Assembly (NCBI GenBank): GCA_005879315.1 | Contig: VBLC01000044.1 | Coordinates: forward strand, 1,805 to 65,804 | Length of the DNA stretch: 64,000 nt | DNA from: Deltaproteobacteria bacterium | Lineage (GTDB): Bacteria > Myxococcota > Myxococcia > Myxococcales > 40CM-4-68-19 | Reading direction: 5' to 3' | Shown here: piece after piece, positions 22,500 to 31,242 of the stretch | Position numbering within the stretch: the first letter of the stretch is position 1 | Layout: each line of letters begins with the position of its first letter | Position numbers and translations under genes: made by a program | The notes under the pieces: model-generated | Told to the model about the DNA's origin: nothing | Database searches by the model: none | Seen by the model: only the letters and a program-made list of their open reading frames with translations

Positions 22500-23366
22500 T
22501 CACTCGCGGCAGGCCGGCGAGCAAACCAGCGTCTTGCCGTCCGGCATCAGCTCGCAAGCTCCGCTGACGGTCTCGTCATCCCAGAGGAAGGAGCAGGCCG
22601 CGTCCTTGGTCAGCTTGGCGCAGGCATCGAGCGCTGCCTGAGGCGGCGGCGGTGGCGGGGGCAGGCAGACGGTGATGCCGTTGGGCAGCTTGTGGCAGAC
22701 GCCGGTGAAGGTCTTGCCCTCGTCGGTGACCGTGCAGGCGTCGCCAGCATTGTGACCGTCGCAGGCGGTGACGAAGGGCTCTGGCTCAGGCGGCTCCTGC
22801 GGCACGCAGGCGAGCAATCCCGACTCTGTCACGGCGCGGCAGAAGCCATTCACCTTGACGGTGCCGGCGGTGAAGGAGCACGAGTCCCCCGGCTTTCCCG
22901 TGTCGCAGACCTCGACGGGCGCCGGCGGGCCGGGGATGCAGACCAGCGTGCCGTTCTCTACCGCCGCACACTCGCCGGTGACGGTCTTGTCGCCCACCTT
23001 GAAGCTGCAGTCCGCGTCCGCCTTCAAGGTCGCGCAAGCTGTCACGGGCGGAGAGGCAGGCGGCGGTGAAGGGAGACACGCGACCGGGCCGCCCGGGAAG
23101 AGCGCGGCGCACTTGCCGGTGAAGGTCCCCACCGTGCAGTCGGAACCGACGACCTTGGGAGCGGCGCAAGCAGCGACGAATTCGGCGGGCGGAGAGTGCT
23201 CGGCCTCGACGTCATCTTTCTCGGAGTGGGGAGGGGCGCACTCCACGCCGTCCTGCGAGAGCTGGGCGGCGATGAGCGCCGCGGCGCTCGAGGAAGAGCT
23301 GGACGATTTGCCCCTGCCGCAAGCGGCAGCGAGAGCGGCGATACAGACGAGGGACAGTGCGCGCAT
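22500..23366 (-). CDS. lipoprotein built from five 4-Cys repeat modules separated by Pro-rich linkers
   Basis: Lipobox LAAAC. Five units of about 40 aa with pattern C-x8-9-C-x11-12-C-x9-10-C, followed by PPP-rich spacers. Confidence 0.7.
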   Translation of the reverse strand: MRALSLVCIAALAAACGRGKSSSSSSSAAALIAAQLSQDGVECAPPHSEKDDVEAEHSPPAEFVAACAAPKVVGSDCTVGTFTGKCAALFPGGPVACLPSPPPASPPVTACATLKADADCSFKVGDKTVTGECAAVENGTLVCIPGPPAPVEVCDTGKPGDSCSFTAGTVKVNGFCRAVTESGLLACVPQEPPEPEPFVTACDGHNAGDACTVTDEGKTFTGVCHKLPNGITVCLPPPPPPPQAALDACAKLTKDAACSFLWDDETVSGACELMPDGKTLVCSPACRE

Positions 23367-23448
23367 TGATGGAGCCTCCGAGGCGAGTACCCGACAGGGC
23401 CTGACGGGTTATCTGCTGCACCGGAGTAGCGTCTGTGACAAGGCGCAC

Positions 23449-23482
23449 AAAAAAACAGCCCGGCTGTCTCACACAGCCGGGC
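23449..23482 (-). terminator. rho-independent terminator downstream of tRNA-Glu
   Basis: On the minus strand, a 10-bp stem gcccggctgt/acagccgggc with a 5-nt loop, followed by TGTTTTTTT. Confidence 0.8.
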
Positions 23483-23486
23483 CAGA

Positions 23487-23562
23487 TGGTGACCCCAACG
23501 GGATTCGAACCCATGTTTGAGGCGTGAGAGGCCTCCGTCCTAGGCCGCTAGACGATGGGGCC
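23487..23562 (-). tRNA. tRNA-Glu (anticodon CUC)
   Basis: Hand-folded cloverleaf: GGCCCCA TC GTCT AGCGGCCTA GGAC G GAGGC CTCTCAC GCCTC AAAC ATGGG TTCGAAT CCCGT TGGGGTC A CCA. Confidence 0.9.
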
Positions 23563-23610
23563 GCCTTTCCTTTTCCCCGCAGCTCTGACCCGCAGGATAT
23601 ATATCGCAAG

Positions 23611-23684
23611 TGGTTGGGGGACTAGGATTCGAACCTAGATAGTAGGAGTCAGAGTCCTACGTCCTGCCGTTAGACGATCCCCCA
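23611..23684 (-). tRNA. tRNA-Gln (anticodon CUG)
   Basis: Hand-folded cloverleaf: TGGGGGA TC GTCT AACGGCA GGAC G TAGGA CTCTGAC TCCTA CTAT CTAGG TTCGAAT CCTAG TCCCCCA A CCA. U1-A72 is typical of tRNA-Gln. Confidence 0.9.
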
Positions 23685-23810
23685 TGAGCAGGGATTTCAT
23701 TTGGTTGTGCGCTGCAGCACTGCACCCGCTTTGATGCGGGGCAGCCTTCTATCGAAGCCGCGCCTCGGGCACAAGCGGATCATGATTGGTCCAGGCGTGC
23801 GCCAGGCCGC

Positions 23811-26573
23811 CTAACGCCAGCCCGCCGCGAAGGCGCTCCGGATCACGCTGTCTTCGCCGACGAGCGACAACGTCGGGTTCGACCGGAGGCAGTGCTGGAA
23901 GTCGGCCCGAACGTCCTCGGCCGAGACCGATTCGAGCTCCCGCTGCTCATCGCCGGGCTCGAGCGAGTAGCTCATTTGAGCGCGCGCGAGGAGCTGCGCC
24001 GCGGCGGCCTCGTTGGTGATCTGCCCGAAGGCGATGGTCGCCGCCCGTTCGAGCCGCGCCCAGCTCAGCTCGACCTCACCCGGCGGCGCCTCGGCGAGCT
24101 CGAACAGGGTCCGCCGCCCCTCCCGCAGCGCGAGTGTGAGCTTGGCGTTTTCGATGTCCACGACGACCTCGAGGTACGCGGTCCCGCCTTCCAACGTGAC
24201 GGCGCGCGCCGCGGCGCCGTAGGTCGCGCCCGCCGTCTCCCGGAGCGAACGGAAAAGGCGGTCCTGTAGCAGCCGCGCCGCGAGATGGTGGCGCGCGGCG
24301 GCCGCGCTCGCAGTCACCTCGGGCAGCAGGCAGCCGAACCGGACCTCGCCCTGCGTGGCTCCGGGTCTCGGGGTGGGCAAGAAGCGCGGCGCGCCCCTCG
24401 CTGAGGCGGTGGTCGCAGGTGGCGGCGCCGGCAGCTTCGGGGAGCGGTCGCTCCAGCCGCCGAACGACTCGTCGATCCACTTCCTGACTTCGGTCGGGTC
24501 GAAGTCGCCCACCACCGCGACTGTCGCGTTGCGCGGCGAATGCGTGCGCGAGATGAAGTCCAGCGCCCCATCGACCGTGGCGTTTTCGAACTGAGCCGGC
24601 TCGGGCGAGCGGCTGTAGGGATGATCGGAAAGCACGGCCGCGAGGAACTGCTTGCGCGCGAGCCGGGTCGGCTCCTTCTCGCGGCGCAGCAGCCAGGGGA
24701 GCTCGAACTCCTTGTAGTAGACCGGCGCAGCGCGATCGACCTTCATGCTGCGCGTGTACTCGGCCAGCGTGGCGAGGAGGATCTCCGCGTTCCCGGAAGA
24801 ACCCTCGGCGAGGTAAGCGATAAAGTCGTCGCCGCGGCGCTTGCGCACGTGGCCGCCGTACTCGCTGGGGTCGTTGACCTTCGAGCCCGGCACGCCCCAG
24901 TCTTCTGCGAAGGCAGCAGAGCCGCCGTCCAGCAAGGCAGCGGGGCCGATCGCGAGCGAGACGCTCGCGGTGAGCAGCGGCAGGCCCGCGCGCTGCTCGA
25001 GAACGACGGTCAGACCGTTCGGCAGTGTGTAGCTCGTGGTCTTTGGCGCGTTGGTGAGGAGCGCGTCCATCCACTCTCGCGGCGCCTTCGCGACGGGCAC
25101 CGCGCGCTCCTCGCGAATGGAGGCGGCGGCCCCGCCGGTGCGCGCGGCGACTGGAGCGGAGTCCCCGCTCCGCGGGATGAAGAGCACGCCCCTGGCGCGG
25201 TCGGCGGTCAGGAACGGGCGCGCGTACTCGGCGAGACGCTCGGGCTTGATCTCCGCGATGTCGCGCATGGCGTGCGAGTAGAGCGCCGGATCCCGGGAGA
25301 AGTGCGTCACCGCCGCGCGCCGGGAGCCGCGGCTGCCCAGATGTTGCGCCGCGAGCAGCTCGTCGACCAGCAGCTGGCGGCGCAGGCGCGAGAAGAACAC
25401 GTCGGTCATGCTGTACCGCTCGCCCGGCAAGCCGCCGGGACCAGTGAGCATGAGGTTCGGGATCCGCGGTGCCTCGTCGCGCAGTCTCTGGAAGGTCTTC
25501 TGCGGATCCGCGGCGGCGTGCAGCTCGACGCGGCACAAGAGGAGCGATGCCTCGGTGCCGGGGATGGGCGCCACCTCCAGGTTCGCGATGTCACGGTCGT
25601 CGAGCATCAACTCCGCCAGGCGGCGCTGCGCGGCACCGGCCAGAAACTGGAGAAGAAAACCGTCGCGGTCGAAGCCGCGCGGCAGCGACCAGGCAACCCA
25701 CAGCTCGGGACCCGCGATCGACGCCTCGACGCGCTCGATCGCCTTCGGCGGAGTCGGGGGTGCCGGCAGGCGCGGAACCTGTGCGGACATCCGCTGCGGA
25801 AGCCGCACCGGCTCGGAAGACGCCAAGAGCCGGGTGGGCAGGCTGCTTGCGAGGAGCTTGTCGACGGTGGCGAGGTCGACGTCGCCGATGATCACGAGCG
25901 TCATGTTGTCCGGCCGGTAGTGCGTCTTCGCGAACGCCTCGACGTCCGCCCACTGGATGGCGGAGAGGCTCCCGTGGCTGCCGCCGATGGGACGCGCGTA
26001 GGCGTGACCGGGCGGGAAGAGCGCCGCCTGCATGTGCGCGAGCGCGTCCCCGACGAAGCCGGTCTCGTTGCGTTGGCGCAGCTCGTTGCGAACCACGTCG
26101 AGCTCGATGGCGCGCTCCGCTTCGGGGATGGCCGCAACCGGCGCAAGCAGGCGCGAGCCCTCGATCTTGAGGAGCTGCGGCAGCGCGGCCGCAATGCCTA
26201 TCTCGTAATAGCTGGTCGCGTCGAAGGAGGTGCTCGCGTTGCGGTCCACGGCGCCGGAGTGGTCGAGCTGATTCGAGAAGCTCTCCGCGCCTCCAGCGCG
26301 CGTGCGGAAGGCGAGGTGCTCGACGTAATGTGCGAGGCCCTCCTTGCCGGCGGGATCGCTCGACGAGCCGCTGCCCACCACCACGAAGACGCCGGCGAGC
26401 GGCGTGCGCGAGTCCTTCTCGACGACGACGCGCAGGCCCGAAGGAAACGCGAACGTCCTCAGTGGGAACTGGACGGGCTTGAGCTGCAGGCCCTGCTTGT
26501 GGACGACGTTGATGCCGCCGCAGGCCACCAGTGCAAGAAGCAGCGCCGCCGCACGCCCCGAGACGATTGGCAT
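23811..26573 (-). CDS. M16 (pitrilysin/insulinase) family zinc peptidase, double-module, lipoprotein-type leader
   Basis: 920 aa. HxxEH motif in GLAHYVEHLAFR in the first module, a second M16-like module lacking the motif, and the leader AAALLLALVACGG. Confidence 0.85.
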   Translation of the reverse strand: MPIVSGRAAALLLALVACGGINVVHKQGLQLKPVQFPLRTFAFPSGLRVVVEKDSRTPLAGVFVVVGSGSSSDPAGKEGLAHYVEHLAFRTRAGGAESFSNQLDHSGAVDRNASTSFDATSYYEIGIAAALPQLLKIEGSRLLAPVAAIPEAERAIELDVVRNELRQRNETGFVGDALAHMQAALFPPGHAYARPIGGSHGSLSAIQWADVEAFAKTHYRPDNMTLVIIGDVDLATVDKLLASSLPTRLLASSEPVRLPQRMSAQVPRLPAPPTPPKAIERVEASIAGPELWVAWSLPRGFDRDGFLLQFLAGAAQRRLAELMLDDRDIANLEVAPIPGTEASLLLCRVELHAAADPQKTFQRLRDEAPRIPNLMLTGPGGLPGERYSMTDVFFSRLRRQLLVDELLAAQHLGSRGSRRAAVTHFSRDPALYSHAMRDIAEIKPERLAEYARPFLTADRARGVLFIPRSGDSAPVAARTGGAAASIREERAVPVAKAPREWMDALLTNAPKTTSYTLPNGLTVVLEQRAGLPLLTASVSLAIGPAALLDGGSAAFAEDWGVPGSKVNDPSEYGGHVRKRRGDDFIAYLAEGSSGNAEILLATLAEYTRSMKVDRAAPVYYKEFELPWLLRREKEPTRLARKQFLAAVLSDHPYSRSPEPAQFENATVDGALDFISRTHSPRNATVAVVGDFDPTEVRKWIDESFGGWSDRSPKLPAPPPATTASARGAPRFLPTPRPGATQGEVRFGCLLPEVTASAAAARHHLAARLLQDRLFRSLRETAGATYGAAARAVTLEGGTAYLEVVVDIENAKLTLALREGRRTLFELAEAPPGEVELSWARLERAATIAFGQITNEAAAAQLLARAQMSYSLEPGDEQRELESVSAEDVRADFQHCLRSNPTLSLVGEDSVIRSAFAAGWR

Positions 26574-26620
26574 GCGCGTCCAATACCATGACGATGGGAG
26601 TTTTTCGGATGCAGAAAGCT

Positions 26621-27013
26621 CTACTGTCCGACGGGAACGCAGCCGCAGGATTCGCTGGCGAGGCCGCTTTCCCCCAGGCGCTCGCAGCGAAAGCCCTCGG
26701 CGCAGGGTTCACAGACGCAGCTGGAGGGGAGCATCGAGCGGAAATGTCCGCCGCCGCCGTTGAAGACCGGCGACCAGGATGGGGGCGGCACTTTCGGCCC
26801 CGGCTTGGGAGAGGCTGGCGGGATCGGATGCGCGTGCGGAGTCGGAGAGCCGACCGGATGAGCATGGGGAGCGCCGCCGCTCGCCCGCGCACCTGAAGCG
26901 CGAGCGCCGCCGGCATGACCGCCGCTGCCGTGAGAATGTCCTCCGCCGCCGTGGCCGCGGGCGAACGCAGCCCCAGTGAGAAAGAGAACAGCTGCCGCCA
27001 TCCTGGCGCGCAT
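26621..27013 (-). CDS. small exported His/Gly/Pro-rich protein with a Cys-rich C-terminus
   Basis: Signal-like MRARMAAAVLFLTGAAFA, then GHGGGGHSHGSGGHAGG...HAHPVGSPTPHAHP and a C-terminal SSCVCEPCAEGFRCE...SCGCVP. Same strand as its neighbours. Confidence 0.45.
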   Translation of the reverse strand: MRARMAAAVLFLTGAAFARGHGGGGHSHGSGGHAGGARASGARASGGAPHAHPVGSPTPHAHPIPPASPKPGPKVPPPSWSPVFNGGGGHFRSMLPSSCVCEPCAEGFRCERLGESGLASESCGCVPVGQ

Positions 27014-27052
27014 GCACGCCCCCGCGTTCCGACTCTACCAGCGGCCATTCAT

Positions 27053-27397
27053 TCAACGGCCGCTTTTCTTCTCCTTCTCCGGCTCGGGCTCCTTGCCCGG
27101 AAGGATATAGACCCGGACCTCGCCGCGGCCGGCTTCGTAGATGTTCGCCCCTTCCCACTCCACGCCGGAAGGGTTCTGGATGTGCAGCGCGCGCACCGCC
27201 GTCTGGCTGTGCAGGACGTGGCGCGGATACTTCCCTGCCGGCAAGGCGCGCCGGTAGAACTTGAGCACCTCGTCCCACGGCTCGGCGAAGCGGTAGCGGT
27301 CCTCGTCGATCTTGACCGCGCCGTCGGGGAGCAGGAAGCCGCGCGCCTTGAATCCCTCGGCAGCGAGCAGCGCGGCGGCGAGCAGGAGCGCTTTCAC
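27053..27397 (-). CDS. small exported hypothetical protein
   Basis: Tail of track ORF 27053..28813 from GTG 27397, which overlaps the gltX stop (GTGA). Sequence VKALLLAAALLAAEGFKARGFLLPDG...EVRVYILPGKEPEPEKEKK. Confidence 0.55.
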   Translation of the reverse strand: MKALLLAAALLAAEGFKARGFLLPDGAVKIDEDRYRFAEPWDEVLKFYRRALPAGKYPRHVLHSQTAVRALHIQNPSGVEWEGANIYEAGRGEVRVYILPGKEPEPEKEKKSGR

Positions 27398-28773
27398 TTG
27401 ATCTTCTCCAGCGCGGCGTCGATGCGCCGCAGCGCCTTTTCCTTGCCGAGCAGCGCGATGGTTTCGAAGAGCGGCGGGCTCACGGTCGTGCCGGTCACGG
27501 CCGTGCGCACCGGCTGGGCCAGCTTGCCGAGGCCGAGCCCCTTTTTCTCGGCGAGCTCGCGGAAGGCGTGCTCCATCGCCTGCGGGCCCTGATCGAAAGT
27601 CCGCCCGATCAAGTCGCGCGCCTCGGCGAGCAGCGGCTTGGTCTCGGCGGTGAGCTGCTTCTTGACCGCCTTCTCGTCGTACTCGGGCATCTGCGGCTCG
27701 ATGTACGCGCGGTAGGCGTCGCGGATCTCGTTGAGGGTCCGGGCCCGCTCCTGCATCAGCGCCACGAACTTCTCCGGGACGCCGCAGGCCTTGGCCAGCT
27801 CGGAGGGCGGGGTCATCTTGATCCACTGCTGGTTGAGCCAGGCCAGCTTCTCGGGATTGAAGACGCCGGCCGTCGCGCCGACGTGCTCCCAGTCGAACTT
27901 CTCGATCAGCTCCGGGATGGTGAACATCTCCTGGTCGCCGTGCGACCAGCCCAGCCGTACCAGGTAATTGACCAGCGCGCCCGGCAGGTATCCGTCGTCG
28001 CGATATTGCAGGACGCTGACCGCGCCGTGCCGTTTCGACAATCTCTGCTTGTCGGAGCCGAGGATCATCGGCAGATGCGCGAAGACCGGCACCGGATACT
28101 CCAGCGCCTGGTACATGAGGATCTGCCGGGGCGTATTGACGACGTGGTCGTCGCCCCGCGCCACCATGGTGATCTTCATCTCGATGTCGTCCACCACCGC
28201 GCCGAAATTGTAGAGCGGAACTCCGTCGGCGCGGAGGATGACCTCGTCCTGGAATTCCTTGTGGGGAGTGGTGATCTCGCCCTTGACGAGGTCCTTGAAA
28301 GTGGTGCTTCCCTCCTCGGGCATGCGGAAGCGGACCACTGCGCCGGGCGTGCCCTTGGGAAGATTCTTGTTGCGGCAAGTGCCGGGGTACTTGAAGTGGC
28401 GCTTCTCTTTCTCGGCCTCCTTGCGCAGGCGATCCAGCTCCTCCTTGCTGCAGTCGCAGCGGTAGGCCTTGCCCCGCGCGATCAGATCCTCGGCGTGCTT
28501 CCGGTACGTCTCGAGCCGCTGCATCTGGAAATAGGGAGCGTGCGGGCCGCCTTTGAGGGGGCCTTCGTCCCAGTCGAGACCGAGCCAGGTGAGGCCGTCG
28601 AGAATGGCCTTCTCGCTCTCCTGCGTGCTGCGCGACTGATCGGTGTCCTCGATGCGCAGGACGAAGACGCCTTTCTGCTTGCGCGCCCAGAGCCAGTTGA
28701 AGAGCGCAGTGCGTGCTCCGCCGATGTGCAGGTAGCCGGTGGGGGAGGGCGCAAAGCGGACGCGGACGGACAT
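27394..28773 (-). CDS. gltX: glutamyl-tRNA synthetase
   Basis: MSVRVRFAPSPTGYLHIGGARTALFNWL (HIGH motif) and KLSKRHG (KMSKS-type). Start set to ATG 28773; the upstream extension in the track is Arg-rich junk. Confidence 0.95.
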   Translation of the reverse strand: MSVRVRFAPSPTGYLHIGGARTALFNWLWARKQKGVFVLRIEDTDQSRSTQESEKAILDGLTWLGLDWDEGPLKGGPHAPYFQMQRLETYRKHAEDLIARGKAYRCDCSKEELDRLRKEAEKEKRHFKYPGTCRNKNLPKGTPGAVVRFRMPEEGSTTFKDLVKGEITTPHKEFQDEVILRADGVPLYNFGAVVDDIEMKITMVARGDDHVVNTPRQILMYQALEYPVPVFAHLPMILGSDKQRLSKRHGAVSVLQYRDDGYLPGALVNYLVRLGWSHGDQEMFTIPELIEKFDWEHVGATAGVFNPEKLAWLNQQWIKMTPPSELAKACGVPEKFVALMQERARTLNEIRDAYRAYIEPQMPEYDEKAVKKQLTAETKPLLAEARDLIGRTFDQGPQAMEHAFRELAEKKGLGLGKLAQPVRTAVTGTTVSPPLFETIALLGKEKALRRIDAALEKIK

Positions 28774-28811
28774 AGGGGCAGACGAGATAGCAGAAGCTAT
28801 GATGCGCCGCC

Positions 28812-30488
28812 ATGCTCCTTCTAGCCCTCTTGCTCGCTTTCCCCGCCGTCTCTCCGCGCGGCGCAGTGGCGGCCGCTCATCCCCTCGCCGCCGAGGCGGG
28901 CGCATCGCTTTTGGGGCGCGGGGGCAACGCCGTCGACGCTGCGGTGGCCGCCGCTTTCGCTCTCGGAGTGGTCGAGCCGCAGAGCTCGGGCATCGGCGGC
29001 GGCGGTTTCGCCCTGGTCTTCACGGCGAAGGACAAGCAGGTGCACGCGCTCGACTTCCGCGAGCTCGCGCCTCTGCGCGCCACGCCCGACATGTACCTGG
29101 AGAAGGGACAGCCGCGACAGGACCTGGCCAACGCCGGGCCGCTCAGTGTGGCGGTTCCGGCGGCGGTGCGCGGCTACGCCGAGCTGGTCAAGCGCTTCGG
29201 AGCGAAGCCGCTCAACCAGGTGGTGAGCCCGGCCGAGCAGATCGCGCTGCGGGGATTTCCCGTCGACCTGCCCTTCGTCCGCGCTTCCGAGGAGAGGAAG
29301 GAGTGCCTGGCGGCGGATCCGGAAGCGGCGCGCACCTTCCTGCGCAACGGGGAGACGCTGGATCCGGGCGATCTGCTCCGCGAGCCGGAGCTGTCGCGCA
29401 CCCTGCATCTCATCGGCCAGCGAGGTCCCGACGCCTTCTACAAGGGCCGCATCGCCCGCAGCATCGTCGAGACCCTGAAGAAGCGCGGCGGCATCCTCGA
29501 GGAGGGCGATTTCGACAAGGTCGCGATGCGCGAGCGCGCGCCGCTCGAGTCGACCTATCGCGGCCATCGCGTCGTCACCATGTCGTTGCCCAGCGCGGGG
29601 GGCGCGCTCCTGCTCGCGCTGCTCAACGTCCTCGAGCGCGAGCAGCCGCGCGCGGGGGGTTATCGGCCCGAGCGATTCCTCCACGTCATGATCGAGGCCG
29701 AGAAGCGCCTCTTCGCACTGCGGCAGTCGATGGGCGATCCCGCCTTCAATTCCGGCCTGGAAGAGCGCGTGCGGCGGATGGTGACCAAGGAATTCGCCGG
29801 CGAGCTCCACCAGGAGATCGGCGAGCGCGCCACGCCGACGGCGACGCTGGTGCAAGCCGCGCAGCACGGCACGACCAGCGTCTCCGCCATCGACGAAGAG
29901 GGAAACGCCGTCGTCCTCAGCACCACCGTCAACGACGCCTTCGGCTCCTGCGTGATGGCGAAAGGAACCGGGGTCCTGCTCAACGACCAGATGGACGACT
30001 TCTCCGTCGCTCCCGGCGTGCCCAACGCCTACGGCCTGCGCGGAGATTTCGAGAATGCGCCTGGGCCGGGCAAGATCCCGCTCTCGTCGATGGCGCCGAC
30101 GCTGCTCTTCGGTCCGGCGGGCGAGCTCGAGCTCGCCATCGGCGCGGCGGGCGGCGCCACCATTCCGACCACGGTCGTGCAGGCCATCAGCCACCTGGTG
30201 GACGACGGCATGCGCATCGATCGCGCCATCGGCGCGCCGCGCATCCACCACAATCTCTTCCCCGACGTGGTCCACGTCGAGCCCGCCGGCCTGGAGGCGG
30301 CCACCGCTCGCGCTCTCGAAGCGCGCGGCCACCAGCTGAAGTTCGGCGGCGAGCCCGGCCACGACGAGGGCCCGGGACTCTTCGGCAGCACCTGGGGCAA
30401 GGCTTGCGCGGTGCAGGTCGATCCGGAGCGCGACTGGCGCATCGCCACCTGCGACCCGCGCAGCCATGGCAGCGGCGCGGTGCCCTAG
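28812..30488 (+). CDS. ggt: gamma-glutamyltransferase
   Basis: 558 aa. AGGNAVDAAVA-type N-terminal region, GIGGGGF, and the autoprocessing/catalytic Thr context QHGTTSVSAIDEEGNAV. Confidence 0.9.
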   Translation: MLLLALLLAFPAVSPRGAVAAAHPLAAEAGASLLGRGGNAVDAAVAAAFALGVVEPQSSGIGGGGFALVFTAKDKQVHALDFRELAPLRATPDMYLEKGQPRQDLANAGPLSVAVPAAVRGYAELVKRFGAKPLNQVVSPAEQIALRGFPVDLPFVRASEERKECLAADPEAARTFLRNGETLDPGDLLREPELSRTLHLIGQRGPDAFYKGRIARSIVETLKKRGGILEEGDFDKVAMRERAPLESTYRGHRVVTMSLPSAGGALLLALLNVLEREQPRAGGYRPERFLHVMIEAEKRLFALRQSMGDPAFNSGLEERVRRMVTKEFAGELHQEIGERATPTATLVQAAQHGTTSVSAIDEEGNAVVLSTTVNDAFGSCVMAKGTGVLLNDQMDDFSVAPGVPNAYGLRGDFENAPGPGKIPLSSMAPTLLFGPAGELELAIGAAGGATIPTTVVQAISHLVDDGMRIDRAIGAPRIHHNLFPDVVHVEPAGLEAATARALEARGHQLKFGGEPGHDEGPGLFGSTWGKACAVQVDPERDWRIATCDPRSHGSGAVP

Positions 30489-30745
30489 GCGCAATGCCTG
30501 TCAGTTAGCCCCTATGCCCTGCCGTGCTCGTGCTCCTGCTCCTTTTGGTGCTCGGTGTTGTTCCCGTTCAGTGCTCGGGGCTTGTTCGCGGGCGATGTAG
30601 ATCGAGAGTGCACCCGAATCAGAACGAGCACGAGCTCGACATCGGGCACGAAAAGGAACACGAGCACAAGCTCGACATCGAGCACGAAGACGAGAACGAG
30701 AACGACCACGGCTAATTGATCGGCATTGGTCTCAGGCGTCCCTGC
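30489..30745. repeat. hexamer-periodic intergenic element, copy B: inverted arms with imperfect 22-bp terminal inverted repeats
   Basis: Read directly. Left arm 30522-30593 has TCGTGC-type hexamers; right arm 30622-30711 has GCACGA-type hexamers. Terminal repeats are 30489-30510 and 30710-30731, matching 17/22. The right arm matches copy A at 77/90. Confidence 0.8.
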
Positions 30746-30753
30746 CTTACAAT
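30726..30753 (+). promoter_or_regulatory. candidate sigma-70-type promoter TTGGTC-N16-TACAAT just upstream of ATG 30763 (near-leaderless)
   Basis: Sequence match only. The -35 lies inside the right terminal repeat of element B. Confidence 0.35.
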
Positions 30754-30762
30754 GGCCTGGCG

Positions 30763-31242
30763 ATGCTCGCACTCCTCCTTGCTGCCACGATACAGGGACC
30801 GGCTGACATCGCCTCGTTGACGCTTGCCTCCGATGCAGTCGTCCGCGCCGAGGTGCTCGGCAAGGAAACCCACTGGGGCGCGGGCGGCGGCGAGATCTTC
30901 ACCACCGTCACGCTGCGCCCGCTCGAAATCTGGAAAGGCGAGCCCGCCGCGCAGTTCTCGCTGCTGGTGCCGGGGGGCAGGCAGGGCGAGCTCGACCAGG
31001 TTGTGCAGGGGGCGGCCCTCTTCCGCGAAGGCGAGGAGGTGGTCGTCTTCCTCGAGCGACGCACGCCCGGCGTCTACCAGGTGGCGCGGATGGCGCTGGG
31101 GAAGTTCACGGTCGGCGCAGTCTCCAGGCGCGCCGTGCGCGATCGCAGCGGCCTTTCCTGCGTCGGCTGCGGCGCGGACGAGGCCGACGCTCTCCCGCTG
31201 GACGAGCTGCGCGCCCGCGTCCTGGGGAGTCTGCGAAAGTGA
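30763..31242 (+). CDS. hypothetical exported protein
   Basis: 159 aa with N-terminal MLALLLAATIQGPA. Its stop overlaps the GTG start of the metzincin gene (GTGA). Confidence 0.55.
   Translation: MLALLLAATIQGPADIASLTLASDAVVRAEVLGKETHWGAGGGEIFTTVTLRPLEIWKGEPAAQFSLLVPGGRQGELDQVVQGAALFREGEEVVVFLERRTPGVYQVARMALGKFTVGAVSRRAVRDRSGLSCVGCGADEADALPLDELRARVLGSLRK

Noticed and set aside
23367-23810. tRNA-Glu/tRNA-Gln region as an integration hotspot or genomic island border
   Set aside because: No integrase, recombinase or phage genes lie on either side. I saw no duplicated tRNA 3' segment by eye. The flanking genes look like ordinary chromosomal genes.
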